DNA of 52,057 bases, the filler included, from Jimgerdemannia flammicorona (taxonomy: Eukaryota): the NCBI GenBank assembly GCA_003990765.1. It is 2 parts of 2 records of this genome, joined end to end, with 100 filler letters (N's around TTAATTAATTAA, not from the genome) between each part and the next. Parts side by side here need not be neighbours in the genome. Positions count along the whole stretch, not along the records: positions 26,081 to 52,057 come from RBNJ01000771.1; 1 more part is not named here. One strand, 5' to 3'. The position numbers and the translations under genes were made by a program. Below, one piece after another: positions 39,023 to 52,040 of the stretch. Under the pieces are notes generated by a model. That model was not told where the DNA came from. It saw nothing but the letters and a program-made list of their open reading frames with translations, and made no database searches. Each line of letters starts with the position of its first letter. Positions within the stretch are counted from its first letter, which is position 1.

Positions 39023-40018
39023 TCAAGAAATAATACCCTCAGCTATACTCTTACTCTGTACAACCCCCTTATCCGTGCGGAAGGGTATTCCTTTGTAAAG
39101 CGCCACACCCTTCGGAGATGTTGAGAAATGCGTTGCCACTCTTTCCAAAACCTTCTGTTTTGGTTTGAGCTGCTCATCTGGTATCCCTATCAGTTTACCG
39201 GAACATGCAGACGGTGTTTATAATGTTATAGACAAAACCAATTTTTTTATGGAATGGAAATAACTCTCGGAAATAACTCTTGATGAAGGACAGCACGCAC
39301 CGTTTCCTAGGCTTTCAAACCACACACGCTCACCAGCCACACTCCCTTCAGGAGGTTCAAGGATCTCAACATGACGGGGCCCCTTGCCTTCTTGGTTGCT
39401 CGCACACAAGAGCATTCCATACGACTCAATTCCGCGAAGCTTGATTGGCTTCATGTTTTTCACAACAATGACATATTTGTCCTTGACGAAGAATGACATG
39501 TTAATTTCTTTTGTGTCTTGGTATCAAACATGGCAAATCAGTAATAATAATGTCGTGCAGTTTATATAGAAACGGCGAAAGAAGCCCACCTGGAGGTCGT
39601 CAATAGTGATATACTTTACAAGGCCGCTCACAATTGTGCGCAAACCGTTCACTGTGTCACCGACGTCGACTTTTGAAAAAAAAAATATAAATAAAATAAA
39701 AAATGAAAATGAAAAAACACCGAATCCTCCCCCCCCCTGAGAATGGTTAAGGAAATTATCGGCTGGCATAAGATTGAAGGTAGTTCACAAACTGATTCAC
39801 AAACCTTGCTCCACATACAGCGAGTCAGCATCTGGGTGGCGTTCTATTTTCAGAATACGACCAACGCGTATGTCTATCCTATGTATCAATTCCACAGATT
39901 TGGCCTCGACGGGGGTATGTTCCAAACGGTGATGGTTTGCTAGCTGGAGCGTTGAGCGTGTAAGATTTATACGAGCGGCCGGCGCATAATTTAGAAGGCG
40001 ACTATATTGAGAGATCAT
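39023..40018 (-). CDS. Stand-alone tRNA-binding OB-fold protein (Arc1p C-terminal / EMAP II / Trbp-like), 4 exons, 212 aa
   Basis: Exons 40018-39805, 39669-39590, 39481-39301, 39186-39023. [39 protein letters not shown]...NMKPIKLRGIESYGMLLCAS...VEILEPPEGSVAGERV...LKPKQKV. Confidence 0.92.
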
Positions 40019-40286
40019 GCTGTGCTGGTAGTTTTGATTTGCGCGCGGGCTACCATTTTTATTTTGGCGTCAGGACTATTCAGGCTATGGGATTGTGGGA
40101 TTGTATTGTGTGTTGTCGAAAGGCTGGTCACATGTTCCCCTCTGTCACAGAACGAGGTGACCTCATTATATTTATATATAGCTAATCCACCATTGGTAAA
40201 CAACCGTTGCTCCCCTTGCCACTCATTACCTTCAACCCCTCTCCCCCTCCACCTCACACACCTCCCATTCTTTCCCATTCCCTCCC

Positions 40287-42373
40287 ATGAATCAACATTC
40301 CTACGACATTTACGCTCAGGTACCACCACCTCCTCGACACCACCTTCCAAGTGTTTGCTGTTTAACCTAAACACCTTTTGTTTACAACCTTCAGGACAAT
40401 GGCAATCATTACCATTCACAAGGCGGTTTGGAACCATACCTTGCTCAGCTAGGCATTTCACCCGCTGGTTTGTCGTCTTCCTTGCTCCTGCTAGTGTATT
40501 TACCCTCAGCGTTCCACATCAGAAACTTACGCAAACTACGAACCTGCAGATAAACCCTCCTTTATCGAGGAGATCAACTCCATTGACGACGTGGAATTCT
40601 TGAGACGATTGGTTATTGAGAAAGAGCGAGAAAAACAGAGCATAGCAAATGATCTGGACATTGCTGCGCGGCTTGGCCTGGCGATCTCCGAGACGAACGA
40701 GGAAATGCAAGTCAAGGTGCTAATTCGACTCGTATATTTTCGTTTGATATCAGATCCAAATTTACCGAACTCTCCCATTGGAAAAATTTATTCAGTCCTC
40801 TGGATCTACTTGTCTAGATCTCGGTCATGGAACACGAGAATCAATACCTTCACTCGGAGTTGATGCGGTCCACGGAACTCACAAACCAGCTTATGTCCCG
40901 TGATGACCAATCCAGGTCATTGACAGAGCAGAAGATGTACATGAACAAAGAGCTTGACATGGCTAGGCGGGAGCTGAGGCGGTTTCGCAAGGAATTGGAT
41001 GGTTTATCGGGGCAATTGAACGATATGGCAAATGACATGGTACGAGTTCAATACGGTCCTTTTTGTCCTTGCCGTTTTGTTTTTTATTCCCGTGCCTTGA
41101 TTAGGCGGCTTTCGATGAAAACATTACAAATACATATGCACGCGCGTGTACATAAATGATAATGCATAAAAAGCAAAAGCATTCAAAATGAAATGAAGCT
41201 TGGCCCACGGCAAAATTCTGTTCGGCTTGCCTGTATCATTAAGATACTTCCGTCTCAAACCATTTTATTTTTATTTTTTTTTATTCCATCCGGGATAGGT
41301 TGATTCACGTGGGAGGGCCGGTTCATACGCCAAGAAATTGGGTAAATGTTCATATCTTCGTACTAAATTTCATTGCCGCGACGTGCAGTTTGCCAACGTT
41401 GTCGCATGTATATGAACAGCTCATCCAATTGTTACTCTTGGAATATTATTTTCATTCTTTCTTTAGCGGAAGTAGAGCACAACTTGACGACCACGCAAGA
41501 AATGAATGTGAACCTTCAGAATCTTTTGGAAAAGGCTTTGAATACACAAAAGCAGTCAAATGCGAACACAACACACGTGGTGAGAAATATTCAATCCGAC
41601 CTCACGAGGGTAAGAATAACTACATGTCTTTGTTCACAAAATATTTCTGCTGCAAAGGGGCTCCTCTAATTTCGGCGAATTATCGTAGGTTGTCCAAGAA
41701 AATGACCGCCTACGCTCTCGAATTGCTGAGCTCGAGGAACACCAATCGGATTGCGAGAATAAGCTGGCCGAGATGATTGACAAAGCCAAGGAGTATGCGT
41801 CATTGCTTGAGCAAGCCCAAGACACTATACATACATTAAGCGAGCCTCGGTTGGACGATATGAGTGTGTCCCATATTCCAGAGAAGGCCGGAAAGGAGAC
41901 CGAAATCACAAAGGTATTGATTGTCATGCTTTGTGCTCTATTGCCATTCGTTATTTGTATCTCATCTCACCAAGAGACTGGCAAATTTATGAATCGTGTT
42001 CTATTTATATTGGTTCCAGGGATCCTTGTTATCAACTGAAATCACTCAGGAGATCGAAAAGGAGATTGAAAAAAAGTTGGTGATCAAGATGGACATTAAG
42101 AATCGGATTGTGAAGCATGATTCGATTGTCAACGACCGGCGGAAAGCTCAGGAGGGGCTGAAATACCTGTTACCGGATCGTGATGTATCGACATCATATG
42201 CATACGGACGTCGCGGTTCCTTCGGCAGCGATACCTCGAATATTTCTGCAGCCTCTGCCGTTACCCTTCCTGCTGTGTCATTCATCAATCGCGTATCACC
42301 CACCAAGTCGCCTAGCACACCAACTCGAATTTTCCAGATATTGACTGGTAGACGGGATGGTACTCTCGTATAG
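40287..42373 (+). CDS. Long coiled-coil protein with a CC1-box (AAxxG) motif; candidate dynein-dynactin adaptor; start uncertain (40287 or 40399)
   Basis: Core exons about 40550-40716, 40818-41039, 41299-41341, 41467-41609, 41689-41913, 42020-42373 splice in frame. KEREKQSIANDLDIAARLGLAISETNEEM is followed by about 200 aa of heptad-like sequence and then KGSLLSTEI. Confidence 0.8.
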
Positions 42374-43048
42374 GTTTAGTCATTTTCCAAAGGAAATATT
42401 TGTGCAGCTTTGGCCACCACCCAAGAACACTTTAGCACATTCTTATCCAGACATGTTTTGAGGAGTACATGTTCTCGCCTATTTTCTTGTCGCCACTTGA
42501 ATCAATCTTTATCAATTGTCTTTATGAGTTTATTGTTTTTTCACATTTTTTTCGGAATCGTTATGAATTTGTACAATTTTGACTTTTTGTTGGCTGCATT
42601 AGTATTTAAACGATAGACTGCACAGTCCCGTTTTAACTTCATTTCAACCGAGTTGGCAGAATCAAATCTTCCGCATACTACTCTTCCAATATCACGAGGC
42701 AAACGCTCGGTTTTTTTTTTTTTTTTTTGGTTCCCCTCCAGTGTCATGTGGCTTTGGTGGCCCCGATTTCTCGAAATATTTTGACCGCCCATTACAGGAG
42801 GTGAATATATTCGGGTTATGACGTTCAATTATCGGAGCCATGAGTCGGTGTTTGGCAAATTTTCTTACAAAATCACAAAAAAAAAAAAAAAAAAAAAAAG
42901 GGGAGGGGGTGGCAACCCATTTTACATGAACCCAAAGGTAAATCTCAAAACAGTCTCTAATCGGAGTGCGTTGTCGATCGATGTTATTTGAACATTTCCA
43001 CAAACACAACGGGTCTTTACCGTATAATGTCATTTAATCAGGCCAGGA

Positions 43049-46000
43049 TCAATCCTTGTCTTCTTCCATGTAATCTGGATTTTTTCTCAGCAACACGAAA
43101 CCCTCCAACACGTGTGACAACGCAATATCTGCCAACAAGACAAATATTTGAATAAGTTAGATTAAGCAGTCCAGTCACCCATATAACGAGCGGAATATAA
43201 GACCTACATTCTTCTGTTGCCAATTCAGCTCGTTCGGAATGCGCCAATAGGACAGGCGTTGAATGCGTTTGAAAGCCTGTGATCGTTTTGGGCCGACCAG
43301 CTTGACCGACAACATCAACGGCCTATTTCATCAATTATGAATGTAGGAAAAGTTGACATCGTTTGCATAAATGGCAAAATCAAACATTTCCCTTGAGTAC
43401 GCCTCAAAGAGAGCAAGTATTTCCCTACGTGCTCTTTTTACGCCACCAGACATACCTGACCCACACGGACCGTCACGGGTAAACTCTTCAGATCCTCATC
43501 AAGCGTAATTAGGAATCGCGGGTACATAGCCGTCACCAGCGTGTAGAGCAGGTAATGAGACTTGCCCAGTATAACTATGTGCACATAGGAGGGTGCGTGC
43601 GCAAATTGAGTACTTGGTGGCTCGGCGGTCTTCCGTCCAGTGAAGCACAAGCAATCAAAAAACACGGAAAATAATAAACGGCCGAAGGTACTCACAGCTC
43701 TTGGCATCCGTGAAGGCTATGGTGCTCGCCAATAAACCTGCAACTGCAACTGGCGACAGCAACTGACGGTCGGTGTGGAATGGGTTGATAGTCATAGTTC
43801 CCTTGCCCATATGGAGCAGGCCTTGCGCAATACGGACCATGAACAGACTATTGGGCTCCTTATTGTAGTAGGAAGCGAGCTGACGCAACATCTGTGCTAA
43901 ACGTGCGTTGTTTGTACCTGCGCCAACGAGACCCATGGCGAAAATGGCGTTCACGGCGACTTCCGGGTCGTTATCGTGGGAATACTTGCTTAAGGTGTCC
44001 AAGACAGAAAGTACAGGGTTTGAGGCACACAGTAGACCGAGTGCAAGGGGCACAGCACGTCGAATCACTGGTTCGCCGTAGTGCATCTGTGAGGAGTAAG
44101 CATGTAACAGAAGCGATTTGATTGACAATTACTACGTACCGACATATATGTTTCCAGGAAGGAAGTATAAAATAACTTTTGGCTTACAAGATGATTGTAG
44201 GTCCTCAACGACATCTCCGCGCCAATATCCTCACCCATAGCAATCAACGCGACACCGAGGACTGCAAACGCCTGATGCAGATCATCCTCTTTGTCTTTGT
44301 CCAGGTGATCGTTGCAGATGTGCAGCATTTTTTGCACCTTAAGAACATTACCGGTGCCAGCATACGAAAGAATTTCCACTAAAGTCTCTGTCTGCTTGCC
44401 CAAGGGATGTTCAATTGCCTTGAGAGTCTCAAGTGTCGCCTCTGATGCGTCCTGTTTGCCTGGAGGTATCAAGCATAGATGCCAGGTTGCGAAATTTGTA
44501 AAATAATGAGAATATTGTCAAGTGTAAGAGGTAAACTAGCAATGCCACATTCATAAAACACGCTGCTCACCAAGATATAACAACGCGAGACCAAGGCCCA
44601 TGAATCTAGACCACGTGTCCTTGAGGTGTACCTCCTCGCGTTCCATCATGGTTTGCAGGATGGTAGAAGTGATATCGCCGTCGCAAGAACCGACGAAAAC
44701 CATACCGAGGGCGAGAGCCGCAAGAGACGAAATCTCCATCGACAAGCCTGCGTCACTCACAACTGGTAACAGAAGCTCCGAAATTTCTTGGCGCGCTGAA
44801 CCAGCGTATGCGAGACCGAGGCTAAATGTGACGGGATTATGAAATTGCATGCGTTTGTACAAGCAAAGAGCAAAAGCTCCAGTTTTGGTCAAGCATAATC
44901 AAAACCGAGAAAGTGCAATTACTAACCCAAGGATAGACGCAGTTCTAATGGAGACGTTTTTGTCGTCGATGTATTCTTGCAGCACAGCAAGCGCCGGATC
45001 GGATTCGTTGCGGACGCCAGAGTTAGTTATTCCTATGGCAAGCAAACCACCAGCCTACGAAGGACAAAGCAACAAGTGTGGAGCTATAATCATCAAAGCC
45101 AAACCGAGATAACCGAGATGACCGCGGTGTATATAGTCTGTGGATGGTGGACTCCGATACGTTGACAACCACATACCTTAATGTAATTTTCGGTCAAATA
45201 CAGATACTTATCGAGTTGAGTCAACCCTGCTTCGACGTCCCACAGTAGAATCACACCGTGCGATGCTGTGGCGCTCATCATGCCGTGCTCTTTGTTCTTA
45301 TATATCCACGAATCACTATCTTCTTTCGGAGTCATAAGCTTGTCGGAGCCGAAACCGGCGTTGACAAATGCATTGACAAATGTCGAGGCTAGATTCTGTC
45401 GTGCCGAATCGCCGGCCGCGGATGCAAAGCCAGGACCTGTAAGAATCGGACATGGGAAATTTAGAACAGCAATCACAGTTAGATTGTCCTAAAGAAACTA
45501 TGGAGCCAAAATAGCAAAGGGTAACATACGAATATTTTCGAGGTGGCTTTTGTAAATGTCCTCAGGAGTTTTGGGTTCAAGAACGTCAAGCTCACGTGCC
45601 AAGGAGATGAAGTGCTCCGATAACTGTAAATTATTGAGGCAGCTTAGCACATCGGGATCATCCGACTCCACCTGAATGGATTGCCGAGCTAAGATAAACG
45701 CAAGCTGTTTTTTCATTGTCCTGCATGGCGAGTATAAACCGAGAGTGCAGGAAATTGATGAAATCAGTTGCAGTGTTATCGGACATTGTCATCTGTCATA
45801 ACATGGTTTTGGTGTGCACACGGAGCCGATGTTCCCGAGACATACGGTGAACTCTACTGTGCTGAAGATTAAGGTGTAGAGGTTAGATATATCAAACTCG
45901 AATTGTACCTGTCTTCACAAGCATCGAAGTCTTCCTTAATTAGATCACGATCGCCTAGCCGAATAGCTAGGGTGAGCGCCTCGGGAAACTTGATCTGCTG

Positions 46001-47482
46001 GCGATAAATGGTGTGCGCAGTTCGCAGAAATGCGGCATCATCTGGAGGCACAAGAAGGTTCACGCAGCTAATCACAGCAGGCGGGTGGAGTTTAACATGT
46101 AAAATGATTGTTACATAAGGCTAGTGCATACACAGGTATCAATAATTTTTTATACATCAACGCATACCTAACCATGTAGAGACATACGCGTGCGTACGTA
46201 TCCTTATCCACAAATTGTGGCAGCTGGTCGATAGCTTCGAGTTCCAAAAGCAGATCGACAGCGTCCGCCTCGGCATTGTGCTTGAGAAAGAAGGGGACGA
46301 TCTCAAGGGCCAGTCGCATTAAATCGCCGGTTGATTCGTCCTCTTCTGCACGTTTGTTGTATTCAAGACCAATTTCGGACGACAGGTGTCTAAGGAACAC
46401 ATCCCAAAGGATGAGTACCGATCAAATTTCAAGAGCACATGCACGCACACCGAAATCGCGATTGTACCTGACATATTCATGACCCCACGATCCTGCCTCT
46501 TCAGCAGAGCCCACCAGCCTATACTTCAAGGAATCCCGTTTGCCCTCTTCCGAGTATGTCATGCCTAATACAGATAGGATATCTGCAAGGAAATGCTAAA
46601 ACAAATGTGAACCTGTCAATACGATACGTGTTACATGCATCATACAGGTGCATCATTGACAAAACAGTGCACACAGAAATTCCTGTGCATACTGCTGTAT
46701 TCATTTAAGTCAAAGTGTATTCCCAGACCATTGAAGGTTCGACTCTGCTTCCGCCTGGCCCCATCTGCCATAACTCTGCAAAGAATCACGCTCTGGCGTA
46801 ATCGAAGCTAACCTTATCCTCTGTCTCCATCCAGGATTCATATACTTCAATTAGACCACTATAATGGGGCCTCAAGAATTTCAGGGGTTTGGGAACAGAG
46901 GTCATAGAGCTTGTTGAGGTACGGATCAGGGTACGCAGGCTCTCCAGTGCAGGTCGATGGAGATCTGTGTTTGACTCCTACAGTACAAACGCGTGTATAT
47001 GAGTCGGGTGCTTCAGAACAACTATGCGCATTTCTTGGAACCAGACGACAGGGACCCAGCCAGGCTCTTAAATCAGTTCGATACATACTTTCAGACGATC
47101 CACGAGCATCTCGAGCTCACTCTTCAATTGTTGGTCTTCTTCAGACTGGCATATATAGGGATCGAATAGAGTAAAAGATGTATTTGAATCCTATCATGAA
47201 TTCATGTCGACACGCGAGTGCAAAGAAGACAACGCATTTCCTTCAAACCAACCCCATGAATTCAATCTACTTGACATTACAAAGATGACAACAGGGAATC
47301 TTCCAATGGCTCAAATGTTAGACACTGAAAGCAAGTCTTACCAGTTCCTCCGACTCGTCTTTCTTGTCCTTATCGCCATTCTGCTTTATGACCTTGGTGT
47401 CAGCCTGGTTGGGGTCCTTTTTCTTCTGATCAGAATCGTTTGGCGGGACGTTGGCGGCGGAATCTTCCGTTTCTTTGACCAT
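43049..47482 (-). CDS. RPN1: 26S proteasome regulatory subunit Rpn1 (PSMD2), multi-exon
   Basis: MVKETED..., [150 protein letters not shown]...KD*. Confidence 0.97.
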
Positions 47483-47581
47483 GATGGTATTGATTGCGAG
47501 TAGGATAAGGTGGTTGTGGGGGAGGGGAGGGTTAAGGTGTTCCACCAGAGGTCGCTTACGTACGTGTCGAGCAAGTAGTGA

Positions 47582-47640
47582 TGACGTAACACGTTTTGAC
47601 CTGAGGCATATTAGCAGTCCAACCACGACCCCGCCACCAA
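47582..47640. promoter_or_regulatory. CRE-like TGACGTAAC plus PACE-like CGCCACCAA in the 171-bp bidirectional RPN1/ATG12 intergenic region
   Basis: TGACGTAAC at 47582-47590 and CGCCACCAA at 47632-47640; the same pair occurs upstream of the E2 gene. Confidence 0.55.
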
Positions 47641-47653
47641 GTCGTTGTTCGCC

Positions 47654-48533
47654 ATGAACTCCCCGCAATTACCCCCGCTTCAAAGCCCCAGTGTTTCTAC
47701 TGCCACCACTTCCAGTTTCTCCCTCACACCCGCCGAAACTCAGCTTCCGTTTTCGTCTACCACCGCTCCGGCTCTTCCGGCCTCGTCCACCCCGAAATCT
47801 CCCGACGAGGTTGTTGCCGCTCTGAAAAAGAAGGATATCAGTAAAGGTGTGAAATGTAACCTTCTCCGAGTGTTCAATAATCTGATTATTGTTATTATAT
47901 TTCAAGAACATGTTTTGGGGGAATGGTTGGTGTTCCTCAGGCCACATTTCTTCGGAGCTGCTCCTCATTTCCGTTTGACTTGGATTTAAAACATCTAGTG
48001 GTGGTTCGCTTCCGCGCCATCGGTAATGCCCCCATCATGAAGCAGAATTTCTACAAGATCACCGCATCCAACAAGTTTCAAGCAGTCATTCAATTCTTAC
48101 GGAAAGAGCTCAATTATAAAGGATCTGACCCTTTAGTAAGTATTCCCTTTATAGTTTCAGGGATTCCGTCAGTCTTTCATGCTACTTTCCTGAGGCCACA
48201 CAGAATTCAGACCAACCACGGAGAACAAATAGAAGCTGTTGCGTTGTCCCTCTTATCATGATAATACTCCCCGTATCCATTACACACACACACCTCCCAC
48301 GCGATTAGTTCCTGTACATTAATAGTGCCTTTTCCCCAGCACCTGACGAAATAGTTTCCAACCTGCACAAGGTGAGGAGTTGTGTGCTTTTGAGAAATAT
48401 TCCCTCTTGGCAACCTTCTTTAATATGCCGTTTCGATATCCTTGCCGCCACACTTGCAATATTCATACAATAGTGTTTCAACACGGACGGCCACCTTATA
48501 ATAAACTATTGCACAAGCGCTGCCTACGGGTAA
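47654..48533 (+). CDS. ATG12: Ubiquitin-like autophagy protein Atg12, 4 exons
   Basis: Ser/Pro-rich N-terminus, then K^[41 protein letters not shown]^[21 protein letters not shown]^[19 protein letters not shown], ending in the conjugating Gly. Confidence 0.95.
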
Positions 48534-49485
48534 TATTGGTTAGTCTAAGCTTGGTGTTCTCGTGATTTTCAGGCACGCTTTCCAGAAGCTTGAAAATATC
48601 ATAATATACTGTCACGTTTGTATTCTAGATAGAACTTTGCGCAATGCTCTGGTTTTGTTCATTCAGGCCCGTACGGAGGGGCTCAAAACATTGCAATTCA
48701 CATTTGACAACATCAGATTTAATCAAATATTTTCCTTTCTGTAAAGAAAATGAGATCCGGCCGGTGATTCAACAGCCGTTTAGAGGGGCTAGTGACGTTT
48801 AGCAACCGGATACCCTCTTTAAAACAAGGAGGATACATAACCATCGTATCGTTTTTCACATGGGGAAATGATGGTTTTCGTCCACCTACACCGTTCTTTT
48901 TTGCAAACATTACTCTTTATCAGGTTTCCTACAAGTACTCATGATGAGTGCACATAAAAACACGTAAGCCGAACACAGGATCTGTCAGTTGTGGTGGTAA
49001 TGGATATGTGATATTGCTTGTATATACTGCAATCTCAAAAGGCGCGCCATATGGACAGGACGGTGGATCAGGAAAACAAATTGTGAATCGAGCAACAACC
49101 GGACCAAATTTACAATGATATAGTACAAGGAAGAGGAAGACATTGGATGTAAGGCATCCATTGATTATAAATTCTGTAGGAACGACGACAGGTCGGATAG
49201 TAAGAATGGTGCAAAAAAGACTACAGATATCAAGGCAAGTATCGAAACTACAAGAACAAAGAGGTCAGTACATGCTGAAGCATAAGGACAAGCACAGAAC
49301 AAAATCTGGTGATTACGCAAGAGCAAAGATGTTCCCGATGCATTGCAAAGATGTTTGGACTGGCTACCTCTTCACCGAATGTCAATCTCTCACCGAATGT
49401 CAATCTCTCACAGTGAAGACACTACCAAGGGACATCTCACCATATCAACTTCCTTCATTCAGCATGTCACGGTATTTCGTTCAGC

Positions 49486-51193
49486 CTATTTTTCATCCCC
49501 ACTCGACCCATCCAAATCTTCATCATCGTCCATCACATCATCGGCTTCCGAGCCTTCATCATCTTCCGCCAGATCTTCATCGTCATCGGAATTGCCGGAG
49601 TCGTACCAGAAATCGGCATCCTCCTGAACGTCCGTAGGACGAGCGACCATGAAATCCTGTTCTGTGCGGGGCATCTGGAAACCACTAGGGATATCCTTCT
49701 TCGAGGCTTCGACTTGAGCTAGAAGAAATGATGAAATTTTCATAAGTTCCTTAAATTCTTACAAATCGGTATATTGCAATGAACGAATGAACGAGGAAAA
49801 CGATTGAAATACACACCACGGACGATGGCATTATACGCGGTCTTATCTTTTCGGTAGGCTACCTGTTTGATAAAAAATCATTGGTCCAACAAACGTTGTG
49901 CGACATTGATAATACAGCATTAAGAGCTTACTGGGCAACATACCCCAGCGTCCTAGAGAATGGAAGGGGGTATTGTTAAGGCGAGCCAATATAAAAGTAT
50001 AATCTTATGACAGTCTCAATTGAGGAACAATGTACATACGACATTGGCAGGACTCGAACAATTGGGGTCAGCCAGAAGGGAGATAATTGACATGAGTATG
50101 CCTGAAAGCGAAGGAAAAGCTCAGTTCAAAATCTGCATGTTTGGTTTCTATCATAGAGTCATAATTTTGATAACTAGTAACGCTATTCGCAGAACTCACT
50201 TTCAACCGACTGTTAAATAGGTGGTTTCAGAAGTCAAAGATAAGTGAAGGGATGAACACCGAGTTTAGCCATTTGCAACCAAGAAAATATATACTAAGTG
50301 AATTGCCGAAGTACATCACCTGCGTAGGATTCCATCGTTCCTATTTGCATAGATCGCGCAGATTTAACCAATTACTATTTATGAACACCAACTGCGTGGG
50401 ATCCAAAATGGCGGACGACAACGGTATGAATAAGTATAGTTACGTGCGCGTACACGTACCTCAGCCTTTTCGCCACTAACAGGGTCATCACCCGGCGGAT
50501 GCAAAATGGATATACAAAGCCGGCCATCAGCATAGACTAAACATTTATGAGTAAGGAACAATAGACAAGCGTTATGGACACATAATTAGTATCAAATATT
50601 GTAATTTCATAAAACAAGGCAAGATTGGCAAGAGATGGCGTGCTTGTTAGATTCCGTACCGTTTGGATGGTAAAATTCTGTATTGAAGCGGAAGGTCGGC
50701 GGAAGAAAAGGATAGTCAGGCGGGAAGGAAAGCGTTGCCTACACAGAAGGTAATGCGTAAATTCTTATATGACTGTTTCACAGATAGGTTATTTGCAAAA
50801 ATAATAGAGCGAATTCCAACTGCTAAATGGAAATACCTTAAAGTAGCCACCCTCGTAAACGGTTTTGGGAGATCCAATGATCGCCACGTCCCTGAATTGA
50901 GAATCATGTAGGGAATTTAGGATGATTGAGGAAGGATCGTAAGCCAGCCCAATGTTCAAAGAGGTAGATCTGGCGATGATGAATCGAAATTACACAAACC
51001 ATTCGAAGATGTTGTCTTCTTTCAAATCAACAGCGAACCCAGGCACTGGGTTCCTTGTCAACTCTTATGGATCCATTTGGAACAAAAGCGCAAGTTGTGA
51101 GACGCAATTACTCAAAATCACAAGTCTACAAGGGATAAGTGGCCGAGTACCTTTGAATTGTTTCTGCAAAATGTTTGCGGCAGAGGAAGCCAT
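49486..51193 (-). CDS. CDC34: Ubiquitin-conjugating enzyme E2, Cdc34/Ubc3 (UBE2R)-type with acidic tail; many small exons
   Basis: [131 protein letters not shown]. Has the family-3 acidic loop insertion and a D/E-rich C-tail. Confidence 0.9.
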
Positions 51194-51281
51194 GTCCAAC
51201 GGTAATAAGGACGAAAGTAAAGTAAAGGAGAACAAGGTAGAAAGTGGGGTTCACAGTCGGCTGAGAGTCATAAATATCGAC

Positions 51282-51326
51282 TGACGTCGCAGCTTGGTGA
51301 CGTAACCAAACGAACTTCGCCACCAA
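51282..51326. promoter_or_regulatory. Two CRE-like sites plus a PACE-like site upstream of the E2 gene
   Basis: TGACGTC at 51282, TGACGTAAC at 51298-51306, TTCGCCACCAA at 51316-51326 (GGTGGCGAA on the minus strand). Confidence 0.55.
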
Positions 51327-51988
51327 CTGGCGCAGGTGACAGATCATACCATTGATTGCCATATTTGGCCGTGACGTTGACACAACAATCGCCAAACATG
51401 GCAACCAAAAGACGCTGCGGAAGAAAGCATCTTAGTCTAGGCTTGTTTGATTGGCTATGTAGCACTTGAAGCTCCCTTAGGTTTACATGTAAGTCAAGCA
51501 ATGTGCCTCACTTTGCTATTGTCTAAGGGTTCATCAGACAAAGTCAGTTTTTGAGTTTTATTTTTATTTTTTTTAAGTAATGTACAATTCTAGGTTTGGT
51601 TAAAGATAGGTGACATACAATTCTGGATCAGGTGTTTTTCAGATCAGATTTCAGATTCATTGAGTTCTAGTTGTAGTCTTAGTGGGAATATTATTATTGA
51701 TAAGCAGTACTTCTTTCTCTGCTATCTTACCAGTTATAAGATTTGGTAGGCAATCTTTTAAGTTCTTTTTCACAACTTATATCCCCTCTACCTCAGGTTG
51801 GTTTGCTATATCTGTTGTAGAGCAGTGGGAGGGAGGCAATGGTGATGAGTTGTCTCTTTATCAGTATCAGATTAGTATCTTTTTTACTTTTTTACAGTTT
51901 CTAATATCTTCAGCTATATTTATTTTAGTATAGTATCTTCTTTCTTTTACTATTATCAATAAGATATAATCTGATATATTATAGACTG

Positions 51989-52040
<52 letters not shown>

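Noticed and set aside
40007..40603. 198-aa and 148-aa ORFs spanning the divergent promoter
   Set aside because: Translations of pyrimidine-rich promoter and intron sequence with no coding signal.
49143..49637. 164-aa + strand ORF with an 18-bp duplication (TCACCGAATGTCAATCTC)
   Set aside because: Antisense to the acidic tail and 3' UTR of the E2 gene; TTG start and no recognisable domain.
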